Shown here piece by piece: positions 38,331 to 50,700 of a stretch of DNA of 64,000 bases. The DNA comes from Azolla caroliniana (lineage: Eukaryota > Plantae > Polypodiophyta): positions 13,082,001 to 13,146,000 of the forward strand of contig JBHGNT010000007.1 of the NCBI GenBank assembly GCA_043228905.1, written 5' to 3'. A program made the position numbers and the translations under genes. The notes under the pieces are model-generated. The model searched no databases, had not been told where the DNA came from, and worked only from the letters and a program-made list of their open reading frames with translations. Position 1 is the stretch's first letter. Each line of letters opens with the position of its first letter.

Positions 38331-41300
38331 TCAATGTTCTCGATGTTGCTCCTCACCCCGAAGCACATGCCATAGCAAAGAAACTACACCCAAACACCAT
38401 TACAAACAACATGATTCGCTCAACGCTTCGTTTACAGCAAGGGGGCGAGCACGACATCGACACACCGCCCCAACACATCTTGGAGCAGCATTTCGGCGAG
38501 TATTCGGTCTCAGGTAAAGCCCACTGCACCGATGGAGGACCCAATGATTTTTTTGGAAACTTGGCCCACATCCTCCTGGAGTTAACCTGTGTCCATGCCA
38601 ACCCCTATAGTATGTCTAAGAAAAAGGTGGGACTGATCATTACAGCCTATCGAGACGGAGCCATCGATTCGGGGATCATCACCAGAGAAGGAGTTTGAGC
38701 CGCCATCGCCTCCTTCCAATCAGGAAAAACGTTCTTACCGATACTTGCACAATACATCGTTGTGCTCTATCCTCCCCAAACGCCGACGCCACACCAAACA
38801 TTGGCACTTCCCACTTCCCCCACTCAGGCCAAACGACAACGCACCTTGCAGTTGTCACACAATGAATGGTAGGACAACACACCAAACCCAACCTCCACTT
38901 CAGCACAGGCGGAGAAAACTACAAAGGACACGGATGACATTACGATCCACGGCCGCGATAGGCCCCTCAGCCCCGCACCTCAACTAACTTTGCCTCATTC
39001 TACCCCTAGCCCACGATCAGCCAAAAAAACAGAAAGCCAGAAACTTGCTCCATTCCGATCAACAGGACCCCAATTGAAAAGAAGTCGTGAGGAACGGACC
39101 GCTCCAAAGAGCCTGGTTGCGAAACGCTGCCAAATCAACCGTCGCAGCGACGAACAAACAACAGAAAGCACAGCTAACGATAGGCAAGTGATCGTCATCC
39201 CGGTAGTTCCGGACACCACATTGGCTCTCAACAAACCAATCGAACAGGGCCAACAATCACGATTTTCGGAAAATGAAGTGCTAACCTTCAAGGATCTTCC
39301 TAGGGAAGCATACAAGCTCGGTGCCATTTTGTAGCGTACGAACTCATCAACTTCCTAGCTCGTCTCCAAGTTGTTGTTGTAGCCCGCATGGCCCAAAAAC
39401 ACGTCGAGCAAAAGGGCATTAGATAACGCGCCGGCTTCGGACGATGAGCCAAAATTACAAAAGGTGTGGTGTACAAGAGCCACGAAGAAACGACGCACCC
39501 ACATTGAGCTTCCAGAGCTTAACACGGCACTTGTGGAAACATATCGGGAACTGGAGAGGACAATGTGCGCGGCAAAAGACATGGCCGCCAGTTGTAACTT
39601 AGCGCAGCAGCAAGCAAAGACCACCACCGACTTGTGGAATGCCTTCGAGACCCAAAAGACCGAACTCAAGCAATAGCTCCGAGCAATTGGTCAGACCTCA
39701 ACGCTCACTCTGCCTCTTCTCACTTCCAACCCACCAGAAGCATTGACCCAAACGGAGCTAACAAATTGCGTCAAACTGGTTGCGATTGCCACTCAAACCG
39801 ACTCAACCAACCCTCGCGACCAAACAATGGTATCAACTCAAACTGAAGAAGATTTCAACATGACCATCTGCAACTATGAAGAAGACATTGCCCTGCACAA
39901 GGCAGTTGCGGACAAGAATAAAGAACGCAACGAGCAAGCTAGATAGGAGGCTGAGAGAATAAAGGAGCAAGCTGTAAAAAGGGAAGCCGAACTACAGAAA
40001 CTACTCCACGATCAAACGATCCAGCTCGAAGAGGTCGAATACAGCACTATAGTATCCCTTAAGTCCATATAGAACATCGCTCCTGCACAAATTGCCTCTC
40101 TCAACAAGGAGATCAGGGAATTGTAGGAACACTCCAGTCAATTCATGGAGAAATTGGACCGAACCGAGCAGGAGCGATGCCAATTGGCAAATTCCCTCCA
40201 TAAACATAAAATAAACGCAACTTTGGAACTCGAACGACAATGTGAGGAGTGTACGAAGGAAGCAGATGAACACACAGACCGCCTCCTCAAACGTTTTGAG
40301 CACTTCACGCAAGAGTTAGAAGCACGGGTTGTTGCCCTCAACACGTCCTGTGAATTAATCACGGCAAAAACGGAATGTTGTAGGAGGACAAAGCTAAAAA
40401 AGAGACGATCGCGCTCCAAGCCAAATACGACAGTTGTGAGGAACGACTCCGCACCCTCATGGTCAAACAACGACAAAAGCTCAATCGGAAGGTCAAGGAG
40501 ATGCTCACTAATGGCTGGAGGGCATGGTCGGCTCAAGCGGCCGAACTCCATGTATTACGGGCCGACGCCGAGAATCGGAAGAAAGAGGGTCGCGGCTTCT
40601 ACAAAATGGATGAAAACAACATCCAAATGGTCTGGGAAGACCTCACCGAGGACTTCCAAGCCCTGGCGAAAATACACACCACGGAAATTGGAAACCTTCT
40701 GAAAGAATTCAATGACGACCAATTGTTGTTACTGATTGAAACGGAACAAGCTTTTGAAGAAACCCTTTCTGCCAAGGCTGAGGATAACGAAATGAAGACA
40801 GCACCAGACCAAGAAGAGAAAGCCCCCACTCCACCAGCAACGAGGCTAGATAACGAACACAAGCCCAATTTTTTGGCCAAACAAAACATACAACCCGAGT
40901 CGCAACCAACCATCTCCATAGCATCAAAAGAGGACACAACCGTGCAAACTACCCCTAAGGGCATCCTTGACATTTTGACAAAAGACTGAGAGTACCATAA
41001 CCATTTTGACAGAAGACTAAGAGTACCAAACAATTCGACGTGCTAAGGCACTGTCCCACAGGCGTGCCAAGTGTTGTCTATGGGCCAATTTTGTAAATTA
41101 AGTATAAAATGAACCAAAGGTAAGCGAAGTAGGTAAAGGCAACAAAAATCAAGAAGTTAACAAAGAACACAGCCAGCCGTAATACATGCAGCCGAAAAAT
41201 GTAAAAGAATACGTGTGCATGTGTGTGTGGAAGCGTATCCGTAAGACATTGACTATGCAGTTCGGGAATACGACAATTCGGTAGATGCAGAGAACACAGA

Positions 41301-42242
41301 GAGAATGAGTGAGAGAGACAAAGAAAGAATAACACTCTGTACATACTTCGTGCTCAGTGAGCACCTTTTATACAAGCCCTAACTATTGGGCTGACACAAG
41401 TACTTACAATACATGACTGCTCATAAATGAGCATCCTACACTTACTCCCAAAATTATTCCTTATGAGGAATAACATTCTAACGGCCTCTCGGTTTACGCA
41501 CCGCTACGGCCATGTTGTGCATACAGTTTTACGCACCCAGTCTATGCACTAGGTTATTGCACCCGTTTATGCACCCAATGTTGACCTTGTCTCTCAACGC
41601 TCCCCCTCAAGCTGAACTTGAGGTTCCATCTACTCTTCCGGATCTTCGCTCCGGCCTCTCCTGGTTGCACGCCTCACTAGCGCTCCTCCACCCGTTCGAT
41701 TCCGCGCACTTCGACCCTTCCGGTTGGCTTGTCTGCTCATGTGGCCCTTCTCAGCTCCATTGATGTCGCGGTGTTGGCGCCTCTTTCACTACCCTTTCTT
41801 CCACTTGGCCCTCAGTCAATTCGTAATGTCTGAATCGAACATTTCGATTGAGTCGGTCACTTCCGATTCAATTCCACTTGTCAAGACCAAGGGGCTTGGT
41901 GAAGATGCCAGCAATCTGCCGACCCGTCGGAACATATGCAAGTTCATCTTCACCGGAAAGGACCTGCTCGCGGACAAAATGATAATGCAACTCAATGTGC
42001 TTGGTCCGGGCATGGAATATGGGGTTTTTCGCAAGGTGGATACTGTTGAGGTTGTCGCAATAGCACATCGTAGGATCAAACACCTCCATATGCAGATCTC
42101 GTAACAGCCGTTTTAGCCAAATGACTTCGCATGTAGCGACAATCGCCCCTCAATATTCGGCCTCCATGAGCAATAGTGCTACTATCGGCTACTTCTTACT
42201 GCACCATGCGATCGCCGCACTTCCCAACAAGAATGTGTATCC

Positions 42243-42888
42243 TGTTGTGAACTCGACTTTCCTTATGTCCGACGCTCGGCCACAACCGAGATTCTTTTCA
42301 TACACAGAAAAAAAACACGTAATGAAAAACGCGACACCAAGGGGAGAAATGGTACACAGGAGGTTTACGTGGAAAACCCCAAAATAAGGGAAAAACCACG
42401 GCAGCCCACAGGCTGCAAACTGTCACTATGTAGGAATATACAACAGTGAGTTTACTGAGGCAACGACCTCGTGCTCTCAGATCTTCGCCACAGGCGGCGG
42501 TTACAATAGAGGCAACGACCTCGTCTCTCTCTCCCTCTCTCTGTACAGATACGCGCTCTCGCTTCTTCTTGCACCAACAAGGAAGAAGAACGATAACAAA
42601 AACAACACACTAAAAGTTTGCCCTAAGTCATATTTGTACTAATATGACTTTTCGGCTATTTACAAATGTAGCCTCGATGGGCTCTCAGAAACATATTTAC
42701 GAATATGTCTCTTCCTCCGGTTCATACCGGGCCTACACCATCCGGCTCTCCGCAGTCGGGTACTCCCCATCCGGTTCATACCAGGCCTACACCATCCGGC
42801 TCTCCGCAGTCGGGTACTCCCCATCCCGTTCATACCGTTTCGGCACTGTTCTTCTCCCTTCCCATCCAGAGGGATCTGTCTCCCAACA
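42243..42888 (-). mobile_element. Solo LTR of the Tto1-like (D/I) family, inside the RNase H of J
   Basis: TG...CA; TSD TATCC (42238-42242, 42889-42893); shares motifs with the D LTR; contains ~54-bp CCGG-rich tandem units. Confidence 0.9.
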
Positions 42889-42985
42889 TATCCGGATGTG
42901 GATCTATGATCGTGGGCATTTCCAGCCCAATCGGCATCCGTGTAGCCAACTAATTGTTCTGCTACGCCTGTACGATACAACAATG

Positions 42986-43035
42986 TGTAAAAATGAAGGT
43001 GCGGAAGCGTTAGACAACTAGTTTAGCCGGATAGC

Positions 43036-43078
<43 letters not shown>

Positions 43079-46000
43079 ACACACAAAAGGTATGCAAGAA
43101 AGACAGAGAAAGAGCAGAACAACTTAAATCTATTATCAACAACTTTGTAAAATCCTCTGTACATACAACGTGCTCAACAGCAGTATTTATACAAGTCCTA
43201 AGAGGACTGCTAGAAGTACAGTGTACTTCAATGCTCACACGAGTGTTTGACACTAGCTACGAGACATTAACTACCTAGTAGTCTAGGTTGCTACTAGGCT
43301 TCTGGTTATTGCTTGATCCGGCTAACCGGCTCCCCAGCTCACCGGTTTGCTTGCTCACCGGCTCATCCTTCTAGATGCCGATCCAGATCCAGTTGAGCTT
43401 GCCTCTCAACATTCCCCCTCAAGCTCAACTTGAAGTCGGATCGTACTGTCAGTCTCCATGGCAGCCGATCCTTCCACCCGGCTCCTTCTAGCATCACTCC
43501 ACCTTGCTCACGTTCCTCGTCCAGTCCGATCCCGTTTGCCATGACCCTTCTGATTTTGCGCACCTTGACTTCCTCGGTCAGCTTGTCTACTGAACATGCC
43601 CAATTCAGCTCCCTCGTTGTTGTAACTTCGGCACTTGCCGATTCGCCGATTCCTTCGTGTTGGCATCGACTTTCGCTGCCATCTCGTCCTCTTGGCCATG
43701 AATTGATCTGGTTCTTCCAAATCTATCTGTTCAACCGAATCGGCTGTCTCCGATTCATTCCAGCTCTTGTCCGAATCGGTTGCTCCCGATTCGTCTTACG
43801 GTTCCAGGCCCTTCACCACTTCGAACCATGTCTGGGTCTTGGCCTTCTTCTTTCGGTCGGCTCTGTCCTTCGTGACTCTGTCGCCACTACCACTTGTTCC
43901 GACTTGTTCGGATGTGTCAACTTCCTTTGTCAACTCGGCTCCTTTCTTCTTCTTGTCTCTCCCTTTGTCGGTTCCTCCCTCATCGGCGCAATCGGCAGTT
44001 TCTTTGGCTTTTTCCCTTTCCGGTGTCTTTGACCGTTCTCCCCCTCAAGTGTGGCACATCGAGATGCTGAACACCAAGCATTTCAGTGAAGTGTTACAAC
44101 TTGTCCGATCCGAGCGGATTGGTGAAGATGTCGGCAACTTGTCGATTCGTATGAACATACCGAAGTTCGACTTCACCGCTCAGGACACGCTCACTCACGA
44201 AGTGGTAGTGCACTTCTATGTGCTTTGTGCGAGCATGGAATACGGGGTTCTTGGCAAGCTGCATGCTGCTTATGTTGTCGCAGTAGAGAAGGATCAGGGT
44301 CGGCACCTCGTCAAAGCCAAATGGCTTCACAGGTGGCAACGGTAGTGCCTCGATATTCAGCCTCAGTGCTCGAAAGGGTCATTGTTGGCTACTTTTTGCT
44401 GCTCCACGCAACAGCCGCGCTACCAAGGGAAAACATATAACCGAAGGTGGATCAGCGATATGATGCATCGCCATCCCAGTCGGCATCGGTGTAGCCGACT
44501 AGCTCTTCAGTTATACCATGCCGGTATAACAGTCCCCGGTCCTTAGTGTTGCTCACATATCACAAAATTAGATGCGCGCACAGAAGGTGCTCCACGGTCG
44601 GCTTCTGCATATATTGGCTGATCACGCCGACCGGATAACTGATGTCGGGTCGGGTAATTGTCAAATATATAAGGCTTCCGACGATTTGTCGGAACCGCTT
44701 CTCATCGCAGGCCGGTCTGGAGTCGGGACGGAGCTTCTGGTTTCAGTCCTATATGCATAGTGATGCGCCATGTACTCGTTGTATCTGAACCGCACAACAT
44801 GGTTCTTTTGGCAGTTAGATCGGCATAATTGCTCATTAGCCAATGTTGAGACCATTTTGACCAACGCAGGCTTCGTTCTTGAAGGCCCGTCATCGCTCTT
44901 CTCGGAGTCAGATTTACGTCGATCCGACTCATGCCTATTCGTGCCGTAGTCCATCATCTTCTTCTTTCCCTTTTCTTTGCACGTAAGCTGTCTCTTCTAC
45001 TCGTCGAGTCTCCACTACTCGCCGACTCTTCATCTGACTGGTCAACCTGACTCAGTCGCTCATTCGGTCCACTTAGCCGAAATGAGATCGGACTCTCTTC
45101 AAGAGTTCTAACTTCGCATTCATCATGACACATCTGAGCCTCGCTGACCTCATCTTCAGAACTCGAATTGGAGTTGAGGTCCAGAGTCGGAGGCAAATAC
45201 CAAGACACAAACTCATCGAACACGAAATCGCGACTTACGCGACCTTGTTTTGTTCGGGGGTTATAACACTTATAACCCTTTTGTTCGTCCAAATAACCGA
45301 CCAAGATACACTTCTCGGCTTTCAGGTCCAGCTTCCTCTACTTCTCCTTTAGCACATGCACATACGCGATGCTACCGAAAACCCTCAAGTGTCTTAGATT
45401 CAGCGTCCTTCCGAAATACAGCTCATGTGCCGACACTTTTTCACCAATCCGATTCTGGATGTAGACCGCGGTTCGGACCACTTCGACACTTGATTTTCCT
45501 CTCTGTTTCCCTTCCGACAAGATTTTTGAGGTTCCGGAAACAGTCGAAGACTTCACTCTTCTTTTCGATGAGGTAGATCCATGTGTGTCGGATGTAGTCG
45601 TCGATGAAGGAGACGAAATATTCACTCCTACCAAGACTCACGTTATGTGTCGATCCCCATACATCTGAATGTATCAATTCGAGCTTATTTCGGCTTCGAT
45701 TACGCTCGTTGGGGAAAAGAAGTCGGTGTTGCTTCCTTAGTTGGTAGGCTTCACAAATTTGGGCCTTTCGACCACTGAATTTCGGCAATCCAAACACAAC
45801 TTGTTTCGATTGCCGTTCCTGAAGCCTTTGGTAGTTCACATAGCCTATCCGCTTATGCCACAAGTCGATATCTGACTCGACTTTTTTCCCTTTTGTGAAC
45901 ATGGTGGTGCCTACGTCATTGGTGTCGAAGAAGAACATCCTGTCATCTCTACGCCCTTGCGCAATAACTTGGCCTTCTTCCTCGATGAAGCACCCAAGAT

Positions 46001-47742
46001 GTGTGAACTAGACTTGCATCCCCTGGTCGATGATCTGTCTGACCAACACCAAATTCTATGTAATTGTCGGGACGTGTAACACGTTCATTAGCTTCCCTTT
46101 TTGCCCGACGTGGCTAAGGGGAACTTCACCGACATGTACGATCAGATGCGGACTGTAGTCTCCTGTTGTGACTACACCTGGTTGTTCCGGTTTTTCCAGA
46201 TATGAAAACCACTCTTTATGGTTCGTCATATGGTTTGACACTCTAGAGTCAACGTACCGATTTCGAGGTGGTCTTCTTCATCAAGTTCTCTTCGTGTCTT
46301 GTCACGAAGGTTGCCCCCTTTTCGAATTTTTCGGATCCTTCGGCATAGTGCGTCTGCTGTCGATTTCCTTGTTCGGTCCGTCCGGATCCTGATCCGGTTT
46401 TCTCCGAATCGGTGCACTTCTTCCAGCACTCGCTCTCCTTGTGGCCTTTCTTGCCACAATACGAGTATTCCGTGGCGTGTTTCCCTTGCCGGTTCTCGTC
46501 GCCTCCTCGACTCCCCCTGCTTTCGGAGGGTTAGGAATTGCTGTCGGCATCACCATGATGCCTTCTTCCTTTCTCTTGTCGGCCGCCTCCATTTTGTGCC
46601 AACTCGCCTTGTCCACCATGACCATGAGGCCTATCGCCCTCCGAGTACAACATCTTGTTGTCGGCGTGCATACTCGTCAACGCACCCACATGATTCTCCT
46701 CTACAACGGGCATCGACTGCAAGTCGAAAAACGACGGCATATTCTCCCTTATACAAATAGCAGTTCGGAATGCTCCGAACTTCGACGCCAATCCTCCGAG
46801 GCAGATCTGCACCATTTCGCCCTCCTCAACGTTCACATCGATGGAGGCGAGGGAGTCACATATATCCTTTATCTTGGAGGTGTAGTCAGCCACCGTCATG
46901 TCGCGTTGATGCACATTGCTCAACTCCTGTTGGATTTGGAGCTTCCTGGCTATGGTGCTTGCAGTGAAAATCTTTTTTAGATTTCCCCAAGCATCCTTCG
47001 GCGTTCTTGCATCCCGAATGTAGCTCAAGAGCTGTTTGCTCACACAGGATGTGAAGCAGTAGAGAACTTTGTTTGCCGACTGTTCCCAAGCTGGGAAGTC
47101 TCTGTGTGTCGATTCGAGTGTTGCATCATTCGCTCCATTGACATAGCTCCAGTATCCATGTCTGAGCAAGTACTGGTGCATCTTGCACGACCAAGATGCA
47201 CAGTTACTTCTGTCGAGCTTCTCAGTTGGAAGCAAACTAGCCATACCTCTATCCTTTTTTTTCTTTTCTGTTCTTCACCAAGATTAGTTTTTTTTTTTGT
47301 TTCGAGCTGAAGTCGGTTGCAGAGGTTCTCAACCCTCGCTCTCTGATACTATGGGAAATGTTACGTGCAGAAGCTATACAAAACACAGAATACCGACAGA
47401 GAAAAAACAGGTTTAATGGAGAGCTTAAGATACAATGTACGCGGCAGAGACAAAGAGGGAAAAAACACACAGAAAAACTAAATTCAAACTAATGTCTAAA
47501 ACTCTGTACATAGGATGTGCTTAGAGAGCACTTTTATACAAGTCCATACGAACCGACAAAAATACTAACACATACTTAAATGCTCATAACTTAGCTCCTA
47601 CACTAACTCCCAAATATATTTCCTCGTAGAATATCTGTTCAACGGCCTCCTAGTTTCCGCATTGATCCGGCCTCTTGTTGCACACCGGTTTGCACACCAA
47701 TTTACGCACCGATCTGGCCTATGTTGAGCTTGTATCTCAACA
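42986..47742 (-). mobile_element. Ty1/copia element K, nested in J; internally deleted and chimeric
   Basis: LTRs 42986-43411 and 47352-47742 (dissimilar); PBS at 47340-47351; gag ORF 46531-47244; integrase and RNase H fragments; no TSD. Confidence 0.82.
43039..43074. repeat. (AG)n microsatellite within an LTR
   Basis: Pure AG run of about 18 units. Confidence 0.9.
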
Positions 47743-50700
47743 AGAGTCCGACTTGGACGTTGTAAACCCCATTCTACGCAACCGTTGTGTAATCTTCGCA
47801 TTCCAAGCTCATGGGGCTTGCTTAAGTCCGTATAGTGTCTTCTTCAATTGGCAAACGGCCGAAGTGTTCTGTTCGGATAGAAATCTGGGGGGTTGTACCA
47901 TGTACACCTGTTCCTCAAGATCACCTTGCAAGAACGCATTTTTTACATCCATCTGATGTAGATGCCACTCCTTCGCCGCTGCTACGGCTAGCAAGATATG
48001 TACGGTAGTCATCTTCACGACAAGCGCGAAGGTCTTGTCATAATCGACGTCGTGTTTCTACACGTAGCCTTTTCATTACTAGTCGGGCCTTATATTGATT
48101 GACGGAGCCGTCAGTGTTGTATTTCAACATCCATCTACATCCAATCGGCTTTACACCCTTCGGTGCATCAATCAGGTCCCAAGTCTCATTGTTCGTTAAA
48201 GCGTGCATCTCTTTCTCGATCGCGGCATGCCAATTTGTGTCTTTTGCCACTTCTGCGTAGCTCTCCGACTCATGCACTTCCTCCATGCGCGATATGTACG
48301 CATAATGATGCACCATGTACTCCTTATACTCGTACCTCTGTATGGGGTTCTTCAGGAGGGTAGATCGGCGTAATTCGTGATTACCCGATTTCACGGCCTT
48401 TTCGGCCAATTTCGACCTGTTCCGTGGAGGTTCCTTTTTTATTGGCCCGAAATCTGACTCGCTCCGATCTGACTCGGCACAGCCGAACTTGTATTCTAGC
48501 ATTTTCTTTTTCCCTTTTTCTTTACGCGTAAACCGTCTCCTCAATTCTTTACGCGAGGACAACATGGCCGAATCTCCACTATTCGCCGACTCTTCATTTG
48601 GTTGGCCATATCAGCTCAACCCCTCATTCGGCCCGCTTAGCCGAATTGAGATCGGACTCTCTCTCAGAGCTCCGATGTCCTAATCACGCAAAGGCATCTC
48701 AGCCCCACTAACCTCTTCTTCAGAATTCAGAATGGATTCATCAGGGATTGGAGACGAAAGCAAGTACCACGAAGCGGACTCGTCAAACACGACATCTCAG
48801 CTTACGCAAAGTTCCTTCATTCGGGGGTTATAGAATTTATACCCCTTTTGTTCGTCTAAATAGCCGACTAAGATGCATTTTTCGGCTTTGGCGTCCAGCT
48901 TCCTCCATTACTCCTTCAGCACATGCACATATGCGATGCTACCGAAAATCCTCAAGTGTGCCAAGTTCGGCTTCTTTCCGACGTACAGCTCATGTGGTGA
49001 CACTACTCCATTAGAAGAAGTCTGATTCTGCAAGTAAACAACCGTCCTCACGGCTTCAACCCAGTAAAACTTTGGCATATGCTTCTCTTCAAGCATTTCC
49101 CTGGCCGCTTCTTCAATTGTCCGATTCTTCTGATTGACCATGTTGTTCTGTTGTGGCATGTATCTACACGAGAATTAACGTCGAATTCCTTCCTTCTGTA
49201 GATAACTTGTGAACTCGTCAGAGAAGTACTCCTTCCCACCATCGGACCACAGGCACTTGATCTTACGCCCTATTTCCCTTTCCGCAAGGCTTTTCACCAT
49301 CAGGAAACATGCGAAGACTTCGCTCTTCTTCGCGATCAAGCATGCCCAAGTGTGCCGAGTGAAGTCATCGATAAAGGTTATGAAGTAACGGCTTCCTCTG
49401 ATGCTCATGTTCTGTGCCAGCTCCCACACGTTCGAATGACTACGATTATGCTCATTGGAAAATGGAAGTCGGTGTTGCTTCCCTAGTTGGCAGGCTTCGT
49501 AGACCTCGCCATTCTGGCCACGAAATTTCGGCAAACCGAAAACAATGTTCTTTGTCTGCATTCCACGAAGTCGTGGGCCAAACCGCTTGTGCCATAGGTT
49601 GATATCTTATTCAACCTTCTGTCCTTTCGCAAACAACGTGATTCCGGCTTGGTTGATGTCGAGGATGAACATCCTCCCTTCACGGCGCCCTTGCGCGATT
49701 ACTTTGCCTGCTTCTTCGATGTAGCACCCAAGGTGTGTGAATTGAACTTGCATTACCTGGTTGATGATCTGTCCAACTGACACCAGGTTCTTGGTTATTG
49801 TTGGGACATGCAACACTTTCATAAGTTTCCCTTTTTGCCTGACGTGGCTGAGGGGAACTTCTGCAACATGTTCAATGGTATGCGGAGTGTCGTCTTCGGT
49901 TTCGACCACTCCTTGCTTTTCCGGTTTCTCCAAGTACGAGAACCATTCCTCATGGCTCGTCATATGATTTGACACTCCGGAATCAACATACCACATCTCG
50001 CTCGATTTCAAGGTGTTCATGGCCATTGAATTGGCTTGTGCTTCATTACGAAGGCTGGGCCCGCTCCATTTCCAGCTCGTTCAAAGCCCTCAGTGTAGTG
50101 CGACCTTTGACGCCTCTTTGTGTCTCTTCCACTCGATCTGGCTTTGTTTGAATCGGCTCTCTTCTTCCAGCACTCCCTCTCCTTATGGCCTTTCTTACCA
50201 CAGTACCAGCATTCCGTAACGGCCTTCTCTTGCTGGCTTCCGACGACGCCATGACTCCTACTTCTGGAGCGTTCGGAACTGCTTCCGGCATTTCTATCAT
50301 GTCGCATGTTCTACTCTTTTCAACCACCTGCATTGCGCATCGATTCTCCTCATCCGCCACGACCACGGGGCCTATCTTCCTCCGTGTACAACATCTTGTT
50401 GTTGGTGTGGTACTCGTCAACGCACTCGCGTGATTTTCCTCCACGAGCAACATCGACTGAAGCTCGAAGAAGGAAGGCGTATTCTCCCTCATGCAGATCG
50501 CCGTTCGGAACACTTCGAACTTTGACGCTGGCCCACCAAGACAAACCTGCACTATTTCATCTTCCTCGACATTCACGTTGACGGAGCCGAGATAGTCGCA
50601 GATTTCCTTGATTCGGGCCGTGTAATCAGCCATAAACATATCCTTCTGCCAGACATTGTTGAGCTCCTGCCTGAGCTATAGCTTCCTGGCCATTTTAGTA

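Larger units (their letters stand above)
30900..40989 (+). pseudogene. Extra ORF downstream of pol in gypsy C (~2.8 kb excluding copia H); globular-looking N-terminus and long coiled-coil C-terminus; function unknown; start approximate
   Basis: ...RHSLGGYLN|VLDVAPHPEAH... reads through the TCAAT TSD; Q/E/K-rich heptad-like fragments at 39464-40989; diverged homolog at 54430-56135. Confidence 0.7.
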
